DNA from: Lingula anatina
Lineage: Eukaryota > Animalia > Brachiopoda
DNA length: 64,000 nt
NCBI GenBank assembly: GCA_051362555.1
Contig: CM120647.1
Location: 16,034,651 to 16,098,650, forward strand
Direction: 5' to 3'
The position numbers and the translations under genes were made by a program. Positions 14,701 through 30,040 of this stretch are shown here, piece after piece. Positions within the stretch are counted from its first letter, which is position 1. Each line of letters begins with the position of its first letter. The notes beneath the pieces are model-generated. The model made no database searches and was not told where the DNA came from. It saw only the letters and a program-made list of their open reading frames with translations.

Positions 14701-15938
14701 AGCACGGCAAATAAGCTTACCATAAGTACAGTGGTGTAATGCAAAATGGGACCACGGTTTTGAATGCTAACATGGTACATTTGGACAAAACTGTTTGAAC
14801 AAACGCGTTTACCGCGGGCATTGTAACGCGATCAGAGGGTTATTTTGACGCCAGTCCCTGCCCCCGGGGGACGGGGGAACAGTATAGCACATAGGTGATT
14901 CGACCCCGCCCCCGAGGACGTGTTTGAGTGGTTCTTTGTGGGTTTTGGAATGTGACTGTGTTTTGAGTGGATGAAATAGACGTTATGTAATTTGAGAGAG
15001 TGCGTGTGCGCACGAGCGTGTGTGTGTATGTGTGTGTGTGTGCGTAAATGCGCGTACTGTACGAGTCTGTGTGTGCCCGTGTGTGTGAAACCGAGCGTAT
15101 AGAGCGTGTAGGATGTGTAATGCATATGGATGTGTGTGAGTGCCCTCAATGTACTCGTGTTTGTACATAATTACACGTTGATGGACGTGTTTTTGTACTG
15201 AAGGAAACGCTGTCGTTATGGCCTGCGCACGTGTTTCTTGAGACGCCTTTATGAACGACTTTGTTGAATTAAGAAAATAAAGGGATGTAGATATTCCTTG
15301 AGTGTCTCGAACGTTTAATTGCCACCAAATCGTTTTTGTGGTTTAGTAAATCTTAAATCAACATTAGTAAAGACGGCGCTGGTTGCGGCCAGATTGAACA
15401 CTAAAGTTATCCGATAACACATGTACATAATGTAATATTGCCTCACCTCCTCCGCCTCTGTTACGTAGAGCTTATCTCGACAGCGGCATTACGAGGGCCA
15501 CTTAATGTCTTGGTTGCATAATAAAATAATCTCACGAGTGTCCTTAACAAAGCTAGACTTTGGGCCGGCTATCAGACCACTCAATCTAGAATAATACTTA
15601 TTAATGCCAGATTTTTGGTCCGATTTGGGCTCACTACGGCACGATCTGTTGAATGGTCGTTATGTGAAGTAAATCTCGTGAAGACGAGGACTACACTTGG
15701 GTTATAAAGCTCGTATGTCACGAGGAGCATTTCCTGCAGAAATGATTAGGAAATGATGTTTATTTAATGTTTAATCTAAATCGACTCATTTCTGATAGGG
15801 AAAATTTCAAGGCTGTCCCCTACAGAGGGCCAATCTACCTTCATGGGACTATAACGGTGGTGATTCCCCCTTTTTATCTGAAACATGGAGCAAGTGAATG
15901 ATTATTCATCGCTTCCACACTTGAGAACAGGCTTAAAA

Positions 15939-15970
<32 letters not shown>

Positions 15971-17856
15971 AATAAACGCACATACACGCACACACACACA
16001 CACACACGTGCGCGTTAAAAATAGTTGTCTGACTTGCACTATTCCGTCAAAAAACAGAGCAAATCAATATAAACAACTAGTTATCTATCAGATAGCTCAG
16101 CAAGCCAGGCCATCTGTTTGACAACATTCACCTTGGTGACGGCAAAATCAGCAAGACGATAAATTTGAAATATCTTTTGTGTGTGTTTGTGGATGTTCCT
16201 TTTCAAAGCCACGCAGTAGTGCAATACCGTGATATACTGATCGTCATTTTGAGAACATATTACAGGTACATTATACAGAAACATATCTCTGCAGAAATGT
16301 AAAGATAACTCAATTTCCCAAAATTTACCAAAATAGTTAAGAATTGAACCAAATTACTTTTTCTCGTCCGAGTAAGTTTGGTTGTTGGGCTTTGCCTTAC
16401 TATAATAGATTATTCTAATTATAAAACCTATATGCGCAACATTTCCACGCGTTAAACCTGTTCTCTCGTCTGTTGACGTAGCCATGTAATATACCGTTTG
16501 TGTGGGTAGAAATGAACATAAAAATAACACCAACTTCCAAAAATTTATGTAATCTCGCAAACGTGTTAAACGAAATTTAATCCAAGTAAATCCGAACCTA
16601 CTAACTTGTATCCTAAATAGACTTCGATACGCTGTCAAATTCATTCAACCGAGACAAAAAATCTGAATGGATACAACGCATAGGTTGTTGATGTTTGTGT
16701 TACATTCACCGCTATATTTCACCTGGTAATTAGAATTCCTGAAAAGCGACTGTGTTTGCCCACACTCCCTGACGTTGTGCGTTGTACAAATATCTTTCAG
16801 TCACAACTTTTCGCACAAATGATATTGGACTGTTACATGATATTTTACTTTCTGATTTTCACGCCGGGGCGCTCGCCCGTGCCTTAATTACATACCTTGA
16901 TGCGTTCAATGAGATCAAACATCAGATATGGTTTTCAATCACGCTCTGGTCGATCATTTTGATGCACTTGTGATACGCTGCGTTTTGATGTTACGATAAT
17001 CAATGTAAATGTAACCTGTTTTAATTTTTAATTCAATTTGAAATATATATAAGAGATTTGAAATATATATAAGAGAGTCTATAACATGAAATGTTTTGTT
17101 TTCAGATCGAAACGATTGTGACACACAATTTTTGGCGGTCGTAAAATATGACAGACAGTTCTGCTTAAGCGAATAATTCTTCTCGGTTTTTTTTTTCAAC
17201 AGAAGTAAGAGCCATCAGTCTACACGAAATAGATATTAAGAGGTCCAAATCAGACTCAATGATTTCCACAAAAAAACTCTCCTCACTGTCTTATTACCAA
17301 ACATCATCAAAACTACACAGATTTCTCTTCCTTTGACTTGAAAAAAAATTGTTTCTTTCTTACCTTACATGTGGCTTATTCCTCACATCCAACAATGTCA
17401 GTCAATTATTCTTGGTCGAATGTTCAGAAAACTCGCTCTGTTCTTGCCCTCAGGCGCCAGCCTCGCTCCGGCTGAAATCAGATTACATTGTTAGTATTGA
17501 ATCACTCCCTGCAGGCTGAAGTCACGAAGCTGATCAATTTTATCGAATAATGATTGATTAATTATGTGTCATTGCGCGAGAGAACTGATTAAATCGGGTC
17601 AGTTGCGCGAGACTGCCCTTTGGCTATCTCGCTCCAAAAGGGAGGTTCGGACCACAGTCTAGGTTCTCCTATCGCACATCTGTGAGCCCGAGGGTTCGTG
17701 AAAAGAATTCTTTGTGAAAATTAAGACATCAGAAAATTGGACTCTGAGGAAATATAATTTTCAACATGACTGATGACATAAGAATATATCAATTATACGC
17801 TGAGGTAACCGTTAAATAAAGGCGAAGGGGAATAGGAGTGGACGGACGACTGTGTA

Positions 17857-17891
<35 letters not shown>

Positions 17892-20800
17892 ATGGACGGA
17901 TAGATAGATATATAGATAGATAGATACAGTAGATCTTTTAACGTAGAAGTCGCAAATATGCTATCAAAATTTTCACCACGTTTTTAAAAAGACCCAAAAA
18001 ATACTAAATTGTCTAGAAAATTGGGCGCTTAAAAAAAGAATCATCCTCCCGGCGGCAATAGTCCTAATCACACATAAACTTGAGTTAAACTAGTTCTTCA
18101 TTGTTATAAAAAAGGTCATAAACTTCAGGTTATGTGATCCATAAAGAAGATCCTTAATGTCTGCATGACCTTAACAAGGGTAGGGAAATACGGGTGCGTG
18201 AATAATGTTAGTCATAAAAAAGTAATTCGCAAACATTCTTTTTCAGGACAGGTTTAATGCGGTATCTGTCAACGTGGAGTGTTCTTCTATAAGTTATCTA
18301 TATGGGACGGGACTGGGGTGGCGGGATAGAGTGATTTTTATACTTGTCCTAGTATTTATGAATTTATATCTTTGATTTTAAAGTTGTTTATGATGATAAC
18401 AAAGTGAACATCTCCTCATCCAAAGCAGTCCTTTTAAACCAGCGCTGATTATGAACTCCTGAGTCTCCACAATGAATTGTGTCGAATAACAATCGGTCGA
18501 AGATTACTGTTTGTTATGATGCTTACCAAGGTCAATGTAGGCAAAAATATTTGCCCTTCAAGCTAAAACCATCTTTAAATAAGTGCTTTCTCCGGGACAA
18601 GTACATGCACTTGACCAATACCCAAATTACATAGATTTTCTACCGTAAATTAAATTCACCCGTCTATGTCTGCCCTTCACATATATATTAACAATGGAAA
18701 TTTTAATCAAGTAGGCTACCGAAGAGGAAGACGGGTGTGGGAAGCACACTGAAGCAGGGGTTACTGCTCGTTCAGCCATTTAAGGTAGGCCCGCTGGACG
18801 TCGAGAGAAGAATACGAGGTCGAGGTGTCGATTCTCTTCGAGGGTACGCCCAGTGCGCGCCGAACACACGGTGTGGAAAAAAGAGGGTCGCGTTATTTAA
18901 TTAGGAGGTTGGAACCTTCTCTGGTCGGTGTGAGAAGAATGAAGTAAATTTTTGCCTTTAATTTCACATGGAGGTAAACAACCTAGACCGCCGTGTTGAT
19001 CTAACGCCAGTGGCTAACAAACTTCTAGCTGGCCGCGCGTCATTGGAGGTGAAAGATCAAAATACAATAGGCTGCAACGCAGAGGAAACGCAAACTTGAT
19101 ACGTAATGAAGTAGCCCTTTATGTGTTATCATAACCGTGACAACTTTCGTGTGATCAACCATGCAAATGATCATCAAAACAAAACGAGGCTAGCTAATAG
19201 TTTTCTGAATATAAGGGTGCATCAAGTGGTCTCATATGAATAACATTTAAAAAACAATCTCCGAGAAGTTAAAGAATTTGAAAATTGCACAGATTGACTG
19301 ATCAACGCTTTAGAAATTAATTAGTTTTATTAATACTTGTGAAAATAGCCAGAAGATTAAAGCTCGTGCTGGTTTTTCGTCATAGAAAGCCCAAGAGCAG
19401 AGAAGGCACATATAATTCAATAATATAATGAAGCGGTTCTAAGGTCATATACCCCTACCGTGCCAACTCTTCCAAAACCTGGTCAAATTGAATTATGATT
19501 TAACTGCACTGTACACTACATATAGACTTCCAGACAAAATCTCCTGCCAGAGATATCAAATGACAAAAATTCTATATATATAAGGTCAGGTAACGTGGCA
19601 AAATGTCAAGCTATGCAAAGAGACAAAGTCACAGGGCAAAGGTAACTCTGTCGAACGAAAGGGACAATTTATTTCCACACCACTTGGCACCTTGTGACTT
19701 TTTCCCGCGGATATGGATATTTATTTATTTATGGGAAAGTCAAAAGCTTCTTGGGCAAGCCTTCCTCTCTATTCTCTTTACCCTTTCTGCCAATTTCCTC
19801 CCTAAGAGCGCAAATCTTTCGTGAATATCGTCAACAATGGGTGTGGATTGTGATGTTGATTTTCTAATCCAAGGTACACTTAACCTTTAGTGATCTGGTC
19901 TCTATACAGTACATACAGTTTGTTACTGGCTCGGACTTTCGGGCTCAAGACGCGGATTTTGAGTTCTTATTTCTAAATAGTCAGACATTCGCAGTGATGC
20001 CACAGTGACTTTGTCTGTCTGAACTCTCTGATTAAGACACCGGAGTCATATATCATCGAAGAATGGACTATTTACTGGTATTTTTGTTGACAGACATTCC
20101 TTATTTCTGTCCAAAAATACTTTTACATAGCGTTCAACGTTATTCCTGCTTCAAAACAAAAACAAGGGACAGATTGAGAGATTGCTCCAACCGCATATTT
20201 ACTACAACTTATGGCGTTTATTGCGAAGGCGGTGTACCGCAAGAGACAAATGTCCAATCGCTAAAAAAATTAGAAAAATAAACACAAGTGATTCAACTTA
20301 AATTTTCACTGTTGACAAGAAAAAGTTAGCAAATAGTCCTAGTCAATATCGTCTCGACAGGGGTAAATACGAACAGAATCAGTCTTATTCAATTAGTTTA
20401 TGGTATATTTTTCTAGCCGTGGCGTGTGATTGACGTCGGTCTTTTCTTCTTTTCTTCGGAAGTCATGAAAACAGGTACTATTTTATTTGTAACAAAATAT
20501 GACAGCGATTTAAAGGGCACGGCGACCATGTTATTTTGACTACAAAAACACAGAAGGGTCACAGAGTTTAAGATTACATTTTAACAGTTTAACACACAGA
20601 AAGCTTAGCTAGTCGACTCAAAAACATGAACATGTAAGACGTAGTGGGACACAGTGGAAGTGCTTCCCACGATTTTATTATCACGACGTCATCTGGACGG
20701 CTTGTTGGTGCATTTTTTGAAAAAACAAAAAATGCGTTTCAGTTATTTCAAAAGTTGATCAGAATCCGTAGTCTTTTTTTAATTAGAGAGACTTTTTATT

Positions 20801-23800
20801 TAAACATATTTCTGTTTTTGATTTTCACTAACAGAATAACAAAAGCATAAAAAACACCATGGTAAACTATGCTGTTAATTAATTATATCTACTTCTTGAT
20901 CTCTCCAAAGATTCAATAATATTTTTAAATAAGACCCACATACGTCTTGAGACCTTTAAATACAAAGATTTGCAATCACAAAGGCCTCCTGCAAACGCAT
21001 ATTTTCATAAAGTAAGTCTAAATATAAAACTGACATTCCAACCATGCATTGTGGAAAGAAATAACCAAACATGGTTAGGGAGGGTGGTAATTTTAATGGA
21101 AAAATGAGGGACTTCCCACATCTTTCACACATGAAAAGCGAGGCAAGACTCTTCAACCTATTGATAGGTCGGTCGTCAAATGACAGACAACTTCACGAAT
21201 GGATTCTTTCATTAAAAATCCTTTCATTAATCGCATCTACTCTTGTCCGGACGACATCAATACACAAGTCATGGTGAGGGTTGAAACTGATCCCGTCTGA
21301 GGTGAAAGAATGCAAAAAAGGAAATAAATACCAAGCTACGCTCAGGTGTGGGTTTTATATCCAAGCTGTGAAAGATGAAAGCTTGCAGGAAATCTAATAC
21401 CGACCATTATATAATAGCGCCGCAGTGTTAAATGAATCGCGACCGGCTGCAGTCGTGTGATCGCCATGTTGTATACATGTATCCAATGGGTGTAAGGGTA
21501 ATTTAATTCAATTTCATTTATTTTCATATTTTGATGCTAATATAGGTCAGTTAAATAACTGACGACAATCTAACTAACTGACTGACTGACTGACTATCAA
21601 ACTGAATGCCAAGATGACTGCTACACTAACCGACTAATATTGCCAAACTGACCGTTTGACTATCTGACAGTTGAATAGCTGACTCTCTGCCCAATTGACT
21701 TATTGACTGAAACTGCCTTCCTATGTCTCATTCTCTGATTGACTAACAAAGTGTCTGACTGCAACTAAATACGTTTACCGAAATTTAATGAGAATCTTTC
21801 TTTATCTTGTCTAAAACCAGACTTAAATATTCACAGATATCGATGTGGTGAACTGTGAATCCTATCTAGTACATACAAATTTCGGTAATCTCTGAAAAGA
21901 ATTTCCTTTCAATGACATAAATAGTATCACTGGCATTCTCAATGCAGCCTTATAAAACTGCCACTTCAATGTCGTGAGTGATATCAAAGTCAATTTTCGG
22001 TCGAAGTCTAATAAGAATTTGATTTCAAGGTCAAGAATGCACTCCCGCTTTGTATTCAAAGCAACCTAATAAAGCGTCCTTATAAACCGGCAAATCCTAT
22101 CAATTTTAGCTTACAATCCCATCTTTCAGAAACCCTCTCTTACAATTTTGTCAATCCTATCGAGTTTAGAATTCAATTCATTATAATTAAATCCCTCTTT
22201 TTAAACCTTCCACGTCGCTTTCTGTTCTTCAGCCCACTCAGGAATACGGACGCCAAAACTGTTTTCTTTCTAATCAATCTAAGAAAAATCATTTCGTGTT
22301 TTGGTCTGTAAAGAAACTATTCCAACGTCGGATAATATCTACATTTTTGACTTTGTAAAAAAAATTCTGTTATGTTTTTACTCTATGGGACAGGACTCTG
22401 TTACAGGGAGATCGTGACCGCTTGGAGATAAATTTTTTTCCCTCTCTCACCCCTTTTATATTGACAATATTTGATAGCCAACATCAAATCCAGACACCAG
22501 TGTTAATTGACTTTAGATATTAGAATCACTTCTTTTGTCTCATATTGGTGGTAGTAGACCAAAGTTCATTTTCCAAACGCACGCAAACCCGGTGTAACAA
22601 ATTAACTGGTTTTTACTGTATGTCCACAAACCCATAACTATGTGTTCCTCATGCTTTGATCTCGAAAATCCGACTGGCAAAAGATAAAAAAGATGAATTA
22701 ATCGAGATAAAGAAAAATATCTAAAATCTTAAAATGCAAATGTATTCCAACACGAACCTTATCGAGTCATTTTTTAAAAAACTCGAATTCCAAACGTGTA
22801 TAGTGGAAATAAAAAACAAACATGGGGGGTAACTTTTAACGTAAAGAATGCAAAACTTTCGAAACGTACAGACATGTATTAAAACAATCTATATAACGCC
22901 ACCAACACGATCGCCTACATTCCATGCGGGCTATCGCACAATAAATCGAACAATGTCCGTAAATATTACAACTGCTTGTAAACAGTTCGATATTGAGCCG
23001 CACACGCTCGGCAAACTGCAAAATTCATGACAACTTTTATCGTCGAAAAAATTCGACTGAATGCGCAATGAATGGACATTCAAACTTAATCTTCGATCTC
23101 TCTTTAAAGACGCTTCCACGAGCACCGATAAAACGCAGGTGTAGTCGGCGTCCGCCAACAGTACCAAAATACGTATTATTTTTTCGCTCTATTAATGTTT
23201 GACTTATCGCGTAACCTTGCCTATTATGACAGACTGGATGTTGACAGAGCTCGGTGCCTCGCGTTTAGATCTTCTGATCTTACGGTGTCAAGTGTCTAAT
23301 TGAAAAATACATCTGGGATATCTGATATTGGGACCTTTGACTTTGTACGTGACTTACAACATAAACCCGCGTACAAATCACTATCAACGCCGTGGCTTTT
23401 AACGACAACAACAAAAAATAATATAAAAAGAGAGAACAGATATATATTTTTTTATAAAAGAGGAATGCATTTTGAATCTTTAAGTCAACTGTGTCAGACG
23501 CATTAGTTCAATCTTTTAGGCCTAATTGATGTCAAAATTTGCATGCACGAATGACTTGATACACAAATAACACCCTTTTGAAATAACATCAAGATACAAG
23601 TGTACTCGGCTTCAAATAAATCTAGTCTGTGCTATAATACTTAAATAGTTATTAATTCCAGATTAAATATTAAATCCAACAGCACATGTCTTAAAATAAA
23701 CGGAGTGATTGCGAAATACCATTTCATTTGTCATTAAGAGATATACTGATGCCCAGTTAGTGAGGGTATATGTGTGTGTATTTTCGTAAATGTCACGGCG

Positions 23801-23858
23801 GTTGATATAAAAAATCTTTTGCAAAGTGTTTCTGAGTCAAAATGTTCTAAGTTTGAGG

Positions 23859-23889
<31 letters not shown>

Positions 23890-24076
23890 TCATAAATATT
23901 GGATCATATAAGTTGTAGTTCCAAAGTGTATTCCAGCAAATGTCAAAGCTGTCAAGAGATTGATGACAATGTTTTATTCGTCAAAATAAATTTGTATATC
24001 CATATCACAAGGAGAGAACACGGATAGTGCACGTGTGAGAGAAGAGACCTTCTAGGTGTGTGTGTGTGTGTGTGTG

Positions 24077-24107
<31 letters not shown>

Positions 24108-26565
24108 AGGGAGGCTGGAGGAGGACAGACACTCATACTGCTCGTAAGTAAAAATGTGGCAATCAAAATATAAATATCATTATCAAAAATATTCATATGA
24201 AACTCAGTGGTAGGAGAAAAGATGACAGATCGAACAGATACACGCGTGTAATATATACCAGCTTTCTAAATAAGACGCCATTGACTGCAGTATTAACAGA
24301 AAACCCTCTCTTAAGACCACCACCCACTTCGCCCAAGCATGCTTGAAAAGCCATATCTCATATTCCGATATGTAAACTATATATTCATTCTACAGTCCCT
24401 GATCCCTGAACATAATGACGGTATTCCAGCCGTCACTGTTCCCTGTGTGTACTGTAATATGAGGCCTTCTTTCACGCGTCAGAAAGGACAAACAATGAAA
24501 TCTTCTCAACATTCTGAAGACCTCTCGTCCGTTTTTTTTCCACAGTTAAAGCTTGTATACTTATTTATAAGTAGATATCGACTTCAGTATTCAGTAATCA
24601 TGAATGTGAGTTTGGGGCTTTTTTTAAATATATATCTTGGGTAGCACTGATCTTTAAAAAACATTGTGAGGGCCTCTCGTTCATAGATTAATATAATATA
24701 CTTATCTTAAGTAGATATCGACATTTATTTATGTGAGTTGTGTTGTATTATTTTCATTTTTTTAATATTTTACATAAATGTCTTGGTTAGTCATGTTCTT
24801 TAAAAAATCTGAAAAAAAAAAAGCATTTAAGAATGAAGTAAAGTTTGAATTGGTGGGATAGAGAGAGAGGTTTGTAAAAAATGGTATTTCGATATTCATT
24901 TTTAATCATCTGTTTATATGTTGTTTCAGTATGCAATATATTAATGTTAAATGGCAAAATATTCAATGGCTCAAAACCGTGTACAAGCGCGAGCAACCAA
25001 TTTTATACAGACCACGCGCTATAAGCAGACCGACCACTACAGAGATAGAGATACGGTATTCCGTACGTGGGTTAACTTAATTTGGTCTGATGATTCCGGA
25101 CATAAATCACAACGCATATTTTTTCTCTGTAATGGAATGGACATTAAGTGCCAAATGACCAGGTCAATCTTTTTTAAGAATTTCTTTTAAGAAGATAATA
25201 ATAATAGCTTGAAGAAGCTGGCTGAGATTGCTCTGATAAGTTTTTTTATTAGTGAATACATTGTAGTCATTTTAAATATTTCATTTTAGTCCGTGTTGTC
25301 TTTTATTTTGCGAATATTTTCAGATCATTTTTTTTGGTATATATAATTATTAAAGACATAAATTAAGCAAAGGCTTTACTTTAATACTACTTACAGGGAG
25401 TCTAATAAAATAATTTTTTCTTTTAATTTCTTAGATATTTGTTAGATATTTCATTTGTTTATCCCTGCATTTTAACGGATACACGAAGCATGGCAGCATT
25501 CGTTTATACTGTTACCCTCACCCATAAGATGTATTTGAAGAAGATATTAATCTTTACCAGAATCCTTTGATTTTTATATCACAATTTCCTATATTCATTT
25601 GTGAAAGAGAAGATTGTTAAAGCGTTTACGGTACACAGCAAAGGACCAGAAATGCATCATCGCGTGCCATAAGGTGCTGCTCGCAGAAAACAAGTCAAAG
25701 CGTGGCAAGCCATAATAGGATCCGGACGCTAAGTGTTTTCTTGCCCGGTCAAAATATGAAAAATAAATAGGGATGGGCTACGTGAACTCGTAACCCGTAT
25801 GAGCATTAGCATTGTCAGGACTTCCAATTACACTTTTCTGAGTCGACGACATGACATACGGTGACAGTAAAATTAGAAACTAGGAAATGCCGCGTATGTC
25901 CTACTGCGACCTCTGTGGTGCATTATTATTAGCAACATTTTTTAAAGTTGATTCACTTTGCTGACTTTTTTCTGTGTTACATTAAATCTCATTATCATTG
26001 CGTTTTAACTGTGAAAAGATAGGCTTTGGTGCGTCTTTTCTCCTGAAGATACTGCAGAACGCGTGAATGTGGCCTGCACAGTACATGATATTGGGTGTAC
26101 TAGCATATATTGCACAGTCTCAAGCAAATGTGGGGGGTAGAAGAGGCAAACGGGAGGTACTCTTATAGGAAAATATGGAAGAAAAGCACCCTCGTCCTTC
26201 CTCCCTGCTTTCGCCTATTCGTCAATTCTCCCACCATGTCTTTTTTTATCTGTTATCTGTTATCATTTCCCGTCCTACTATCTCCGTATCAATATTGACA
26301 CGACCTACTAGGGGCCACCCGGAGTATCACACCGTACCGGAGACTGACTTCCACTGTCAGGATGTCTCTTTAGTTTCCAGTAACGGCAGCTTGTTTCCCG
26401 TTAATTCGGGGTGCCCAGTGATAAGACCTCTTTCAGGTGGAGAGAAAAAAAGTCTCAGCCCAGACGGATCCTTGATTTTACCAGAGGGAGGTGTGTGTGT
26501 GTGTGTGCGTGCGTGTGTGTGCTCGTGCACGAGTGTGTGTTTCTGTGCAACTGTGTGTGCTCGTG

Positions 26566-26600
<35 letters not shown>

Positions 26601-28336
26601 TTGTGTGTGCGACTTTATGTGTGAGTGTTCGTACACTAATGTGTGCTCACGCGCATATGTGCGTGCAAGCATGTGTGTTTTGAGGGAGGGGGTGAGACGT
26701 GGGAACAAATCATCAGCCTCCATGTACAAAATCACAACGTACGAGTACAATATTGTTAGGAGGAAAATCAAAGAGCTCACGTACGTGCTACAAGTGACAT
26801 AAAACATAAATTTGTGTATCGATACAGCAGTTACATGGTCTTACTAAACAACAGTGCATCTATACTATTTATGTACACAAATCAAACTGCGCCCTGCTTT
26901 ACTATCTAAAGTGTCGATTTTTGTCTCGTGCAGCAACTTCGTTTAACAGTGAACACTGATAGGTTAATAAAACGTGTCTATATGTGAACTATTCATACTG
27001 ATACGTCCAAGTCTAGTCGTCGTCCTCTTCCTTTTAAACATAGTTTAACTAATGCAAATAGTGTGTGAAAGAATAAAAAGGGCCGCAGGGTGAGAGATAT
27101 GTTTTGGGGGAGCTGCTCTTAAAGGCTTACAGTACACGCAAACATGTTATTTGTACCGCCTGGATACTCACGACGACTAAAAGAAAACTAATGTAAAAGA
27201 CTTCTGATGAACTGAGATTTATAAAAGACAGGAAATGACTAACGCTTTACAATTCCTCCCCTCCCCTCCTCCGTCATCAAAAATCTTTGCACTGGACACA
27301 CTTACCCTAGTGTCAGAAGAGGCGAAGAGCTGTAAACTTCCCTTTTCGGTCCGTCGAAATATTTTTCAGTCCTTGGTAACACGTCGCACGGAGTGAACCA
27401 GCTGGTACACAAGGATATCCACAGTCGAAAAAGTCCACAAAATTGCCTGCTACAACGTATCAAAAGTAGTCTAAAGTCGATCCTTTAATAATGTTGTCGT
27501 ACAAGACGAAAAGCAAGGACATGAAGAGCACTCAAAATAAAGTTAACGAGTCACTGGAGTAAAACCGCATAGAGGTGTTATAAAACTCCTTCGTGTCTCT
27601 ATAACCTTTGCTGTCGTTCAAATTTGCACCATTGCGTGTTGCCTTGATCAAGATGTTGCGTTACACACAAAATCAGTTCCAAATTTCACAGTCTATCACC
27701 GCTTCGCACCCGTCAACGACGCCACCGCTGTCAAAACCAAACTCCACAAAAATAGTCTCTTTTTTTTAATTCTACCACAATCCCGGACGCTTGTCACCAA
27801 AGTTTCTCACTTGACTGATGACTTGACGTCGTCTGATGTCACCCTGAACGCTACCGAGAGCTGAAAGGTGCCACTGTGTTTTGTTTACAATACGAGTCAA
27901 TAGAGCGGGCGCGCGGGGAGAGATTGGGTCGCTTTAATCTGAAAGTAACCGCTGTGTGTATCCCGTTTATTTTAGGACATCTACTCCATATCGCGCTTGT
28001 GCATGCGGGTTATTAGAGACAGCGTGGTGATTGTGCGGGGGACAACCATCTGCCACTAGTTCAATTTCACTGTTTTATCCAGTGGGGAACTATTTCTTTC
28101 ATGCCCTGTCCAGTTCTAAAATTCTCTTGCTGGCGATTTTTTCAGCCATTTTATTTAAACTATAATGCCCATCGTAAATAATCTCACCGTTTCTTTAAAT
28201 ATCACTTTTTTCAAACAGGCTTCATGTTAAGCATCCCTACATGATTTTTGCAATATCTGAATAATTCTGATTTGCCTCTTAATTTTACCTGCTTTATGCT
28301 ATAGTACCCTAAAATATCGAAAGAAATCAACAATTA

Positions 28337-29310
28337 GGCCACACTTTTTTAATTTTATGGATGACATCCTGCGCGCGCACGGATTTTCGCCCGTTCTCCA
28401 AAAAAAAAAAAAAAAAAAAAAGCCCCCCCCCCCCCCAGCCTCCAACGAAGTCGGTTGTCGCAAACGTTGTTATTGAATTTGCAAGGAAATGAGCTTTCTG
28501 CGCATGCGTATTTTCGCCACGTGGAAATGCGGCCACTTTGCTGTCAAATTCATCTTTAGGATTACTTTCAAATTACACAACAATAAAAGTCATAAAGAGA
28601 ACGGGCGCCATCGTTTTGGATTGGTATGCCATTGATATTGGGCATGGAGATATCACCTTTTTACAATTGTGCGAAAGGCTGGCGGCGGCCGAAACATTTC
28701 TGTGACATTCTGTATAAAGCAGCACATTAATACCAGGTTTTCTGTAGCGAAAAAAGGGTCGACAAGGGCGTCGAGATATTTGGTGGGCTGAAGGTCGGAC
28801 AGGCCATCTGACAGTTTAGCTGCTTCGTGTGAGTTGAAGTTGACAAAATGGCATCGTCTGAAATGACCTTTAATAGATTTGGTAGTATTAAGCATATCTT
28901 TGCATCATTTTTTAAACATTTCTGTGAAGTGTTCAAAATGTTTTAATATTCTGAGAATACAAATAAAGACACACTGTTTGATTGATATTTGTTTTATTGA
29001 TTGCTATACTAAATGAATGCATGAAATAACCTTAAATAGATTTGGTAATATGAAGTATATCAATTCATGACTTTTTTTACATTTCTACGAAGTATTCACA
29101 ATGCTTTAATATTTTGAGAGCATGGATAAAGACATATTGTTAGTTTGATACGTGTTTCTGTGGTTAAATTTGTGTTTCCAGCTGTGTACTGACAGCATTC
29201 CTTTACTTAAGCAGTTTTTTTTTTTTTGGACTGTTTTTTTTTTTTCGCCCTCTCGCACCAATTTTGGGGTACCCAGAGGATGTCATCCATAAAAATAAAA
29301 AAGTGTGGCC
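28337..29310. mobile_element. Non-autonomous TIR element with TTA TSD (Zator or PIF/Harbinger-like), copy 1
   Basis: TIR GGCCACACTTTTTT.ATTTTATGGATGACATCCT; TTA on both flanks; inverted homologue at 51966-53085. Confidence 0.88.
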
Positions 29311-29879
29311 TTATTCAAAAAATGATGTAGAACAGTTTTGTCACTTTTTTATCAAATAGAATGTGTGCGTCACTGACGTAAATCTAATCTTAACTTTTTG
29401 TGGAATGACCTGCTATTCACTTACAGTATATATTTATAGTACATGTCCTGTGGGGGTCTGCTAAAGTTGCGATTGCGTTAGCGCAGACAATAAACTGGCA
29501 TTGTGCTAGCGGTGACATACATAGGCTAAGCGCATGTACTGAATGTTATAGTACAGGCACATAATCTCAAGTTTCACTTCATAGTACATGACTTTTTACG
29601 TTGAGTTTACTCATTGCATTATAAATTATTTAGGATTGATTAAAGAGACGTATTGAACAATGACACTGTAGACTGAAGGTGCATATATTCTGATATTAAA
29701 TTTAAAAAAAATGGGCGTTGAGCAATTGAGTAACCAGCTTCACATATTTGACAAAACCTTTAATAACTGACTTAAAGTTCAACAACAAATTGAAAGGTAT
29801 ATCGATGATTTCATGTAATAACGGCTCGCTCCAGTTTTGCCCTAGAGTAACATTGTTGTTTTTGCACTTAATAACTTTA

Positions 29880-30040
29880 AAGACACAGATCCACTAAAAC
29901 TAATAACATGACCAGACACAGGTCTTATAATAGTAATAACATCGCAAGACACAGGTCCAGTAATACTAATCATATCACAAGACACAGGATTAATTTGCAT
30001 TGTAAGACACTGGTCTAATAATACTTATCATATCACATGA
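29880..30040. repeat. Degenerate ~30-35-bp tandem repeat downstream of the acyl-CoA synthetase stop codon
   Basis: AGACACAG(G/A)TC...TAATA..AT recurs about five times. Confidence 0.65.

Noticed and set aside
18590-18610. Partial reverse-complement similarity to miR-92 (ACTTGTCCCGG)
   Set aside because: The seed region mismatches and no hairpin partner is evident.
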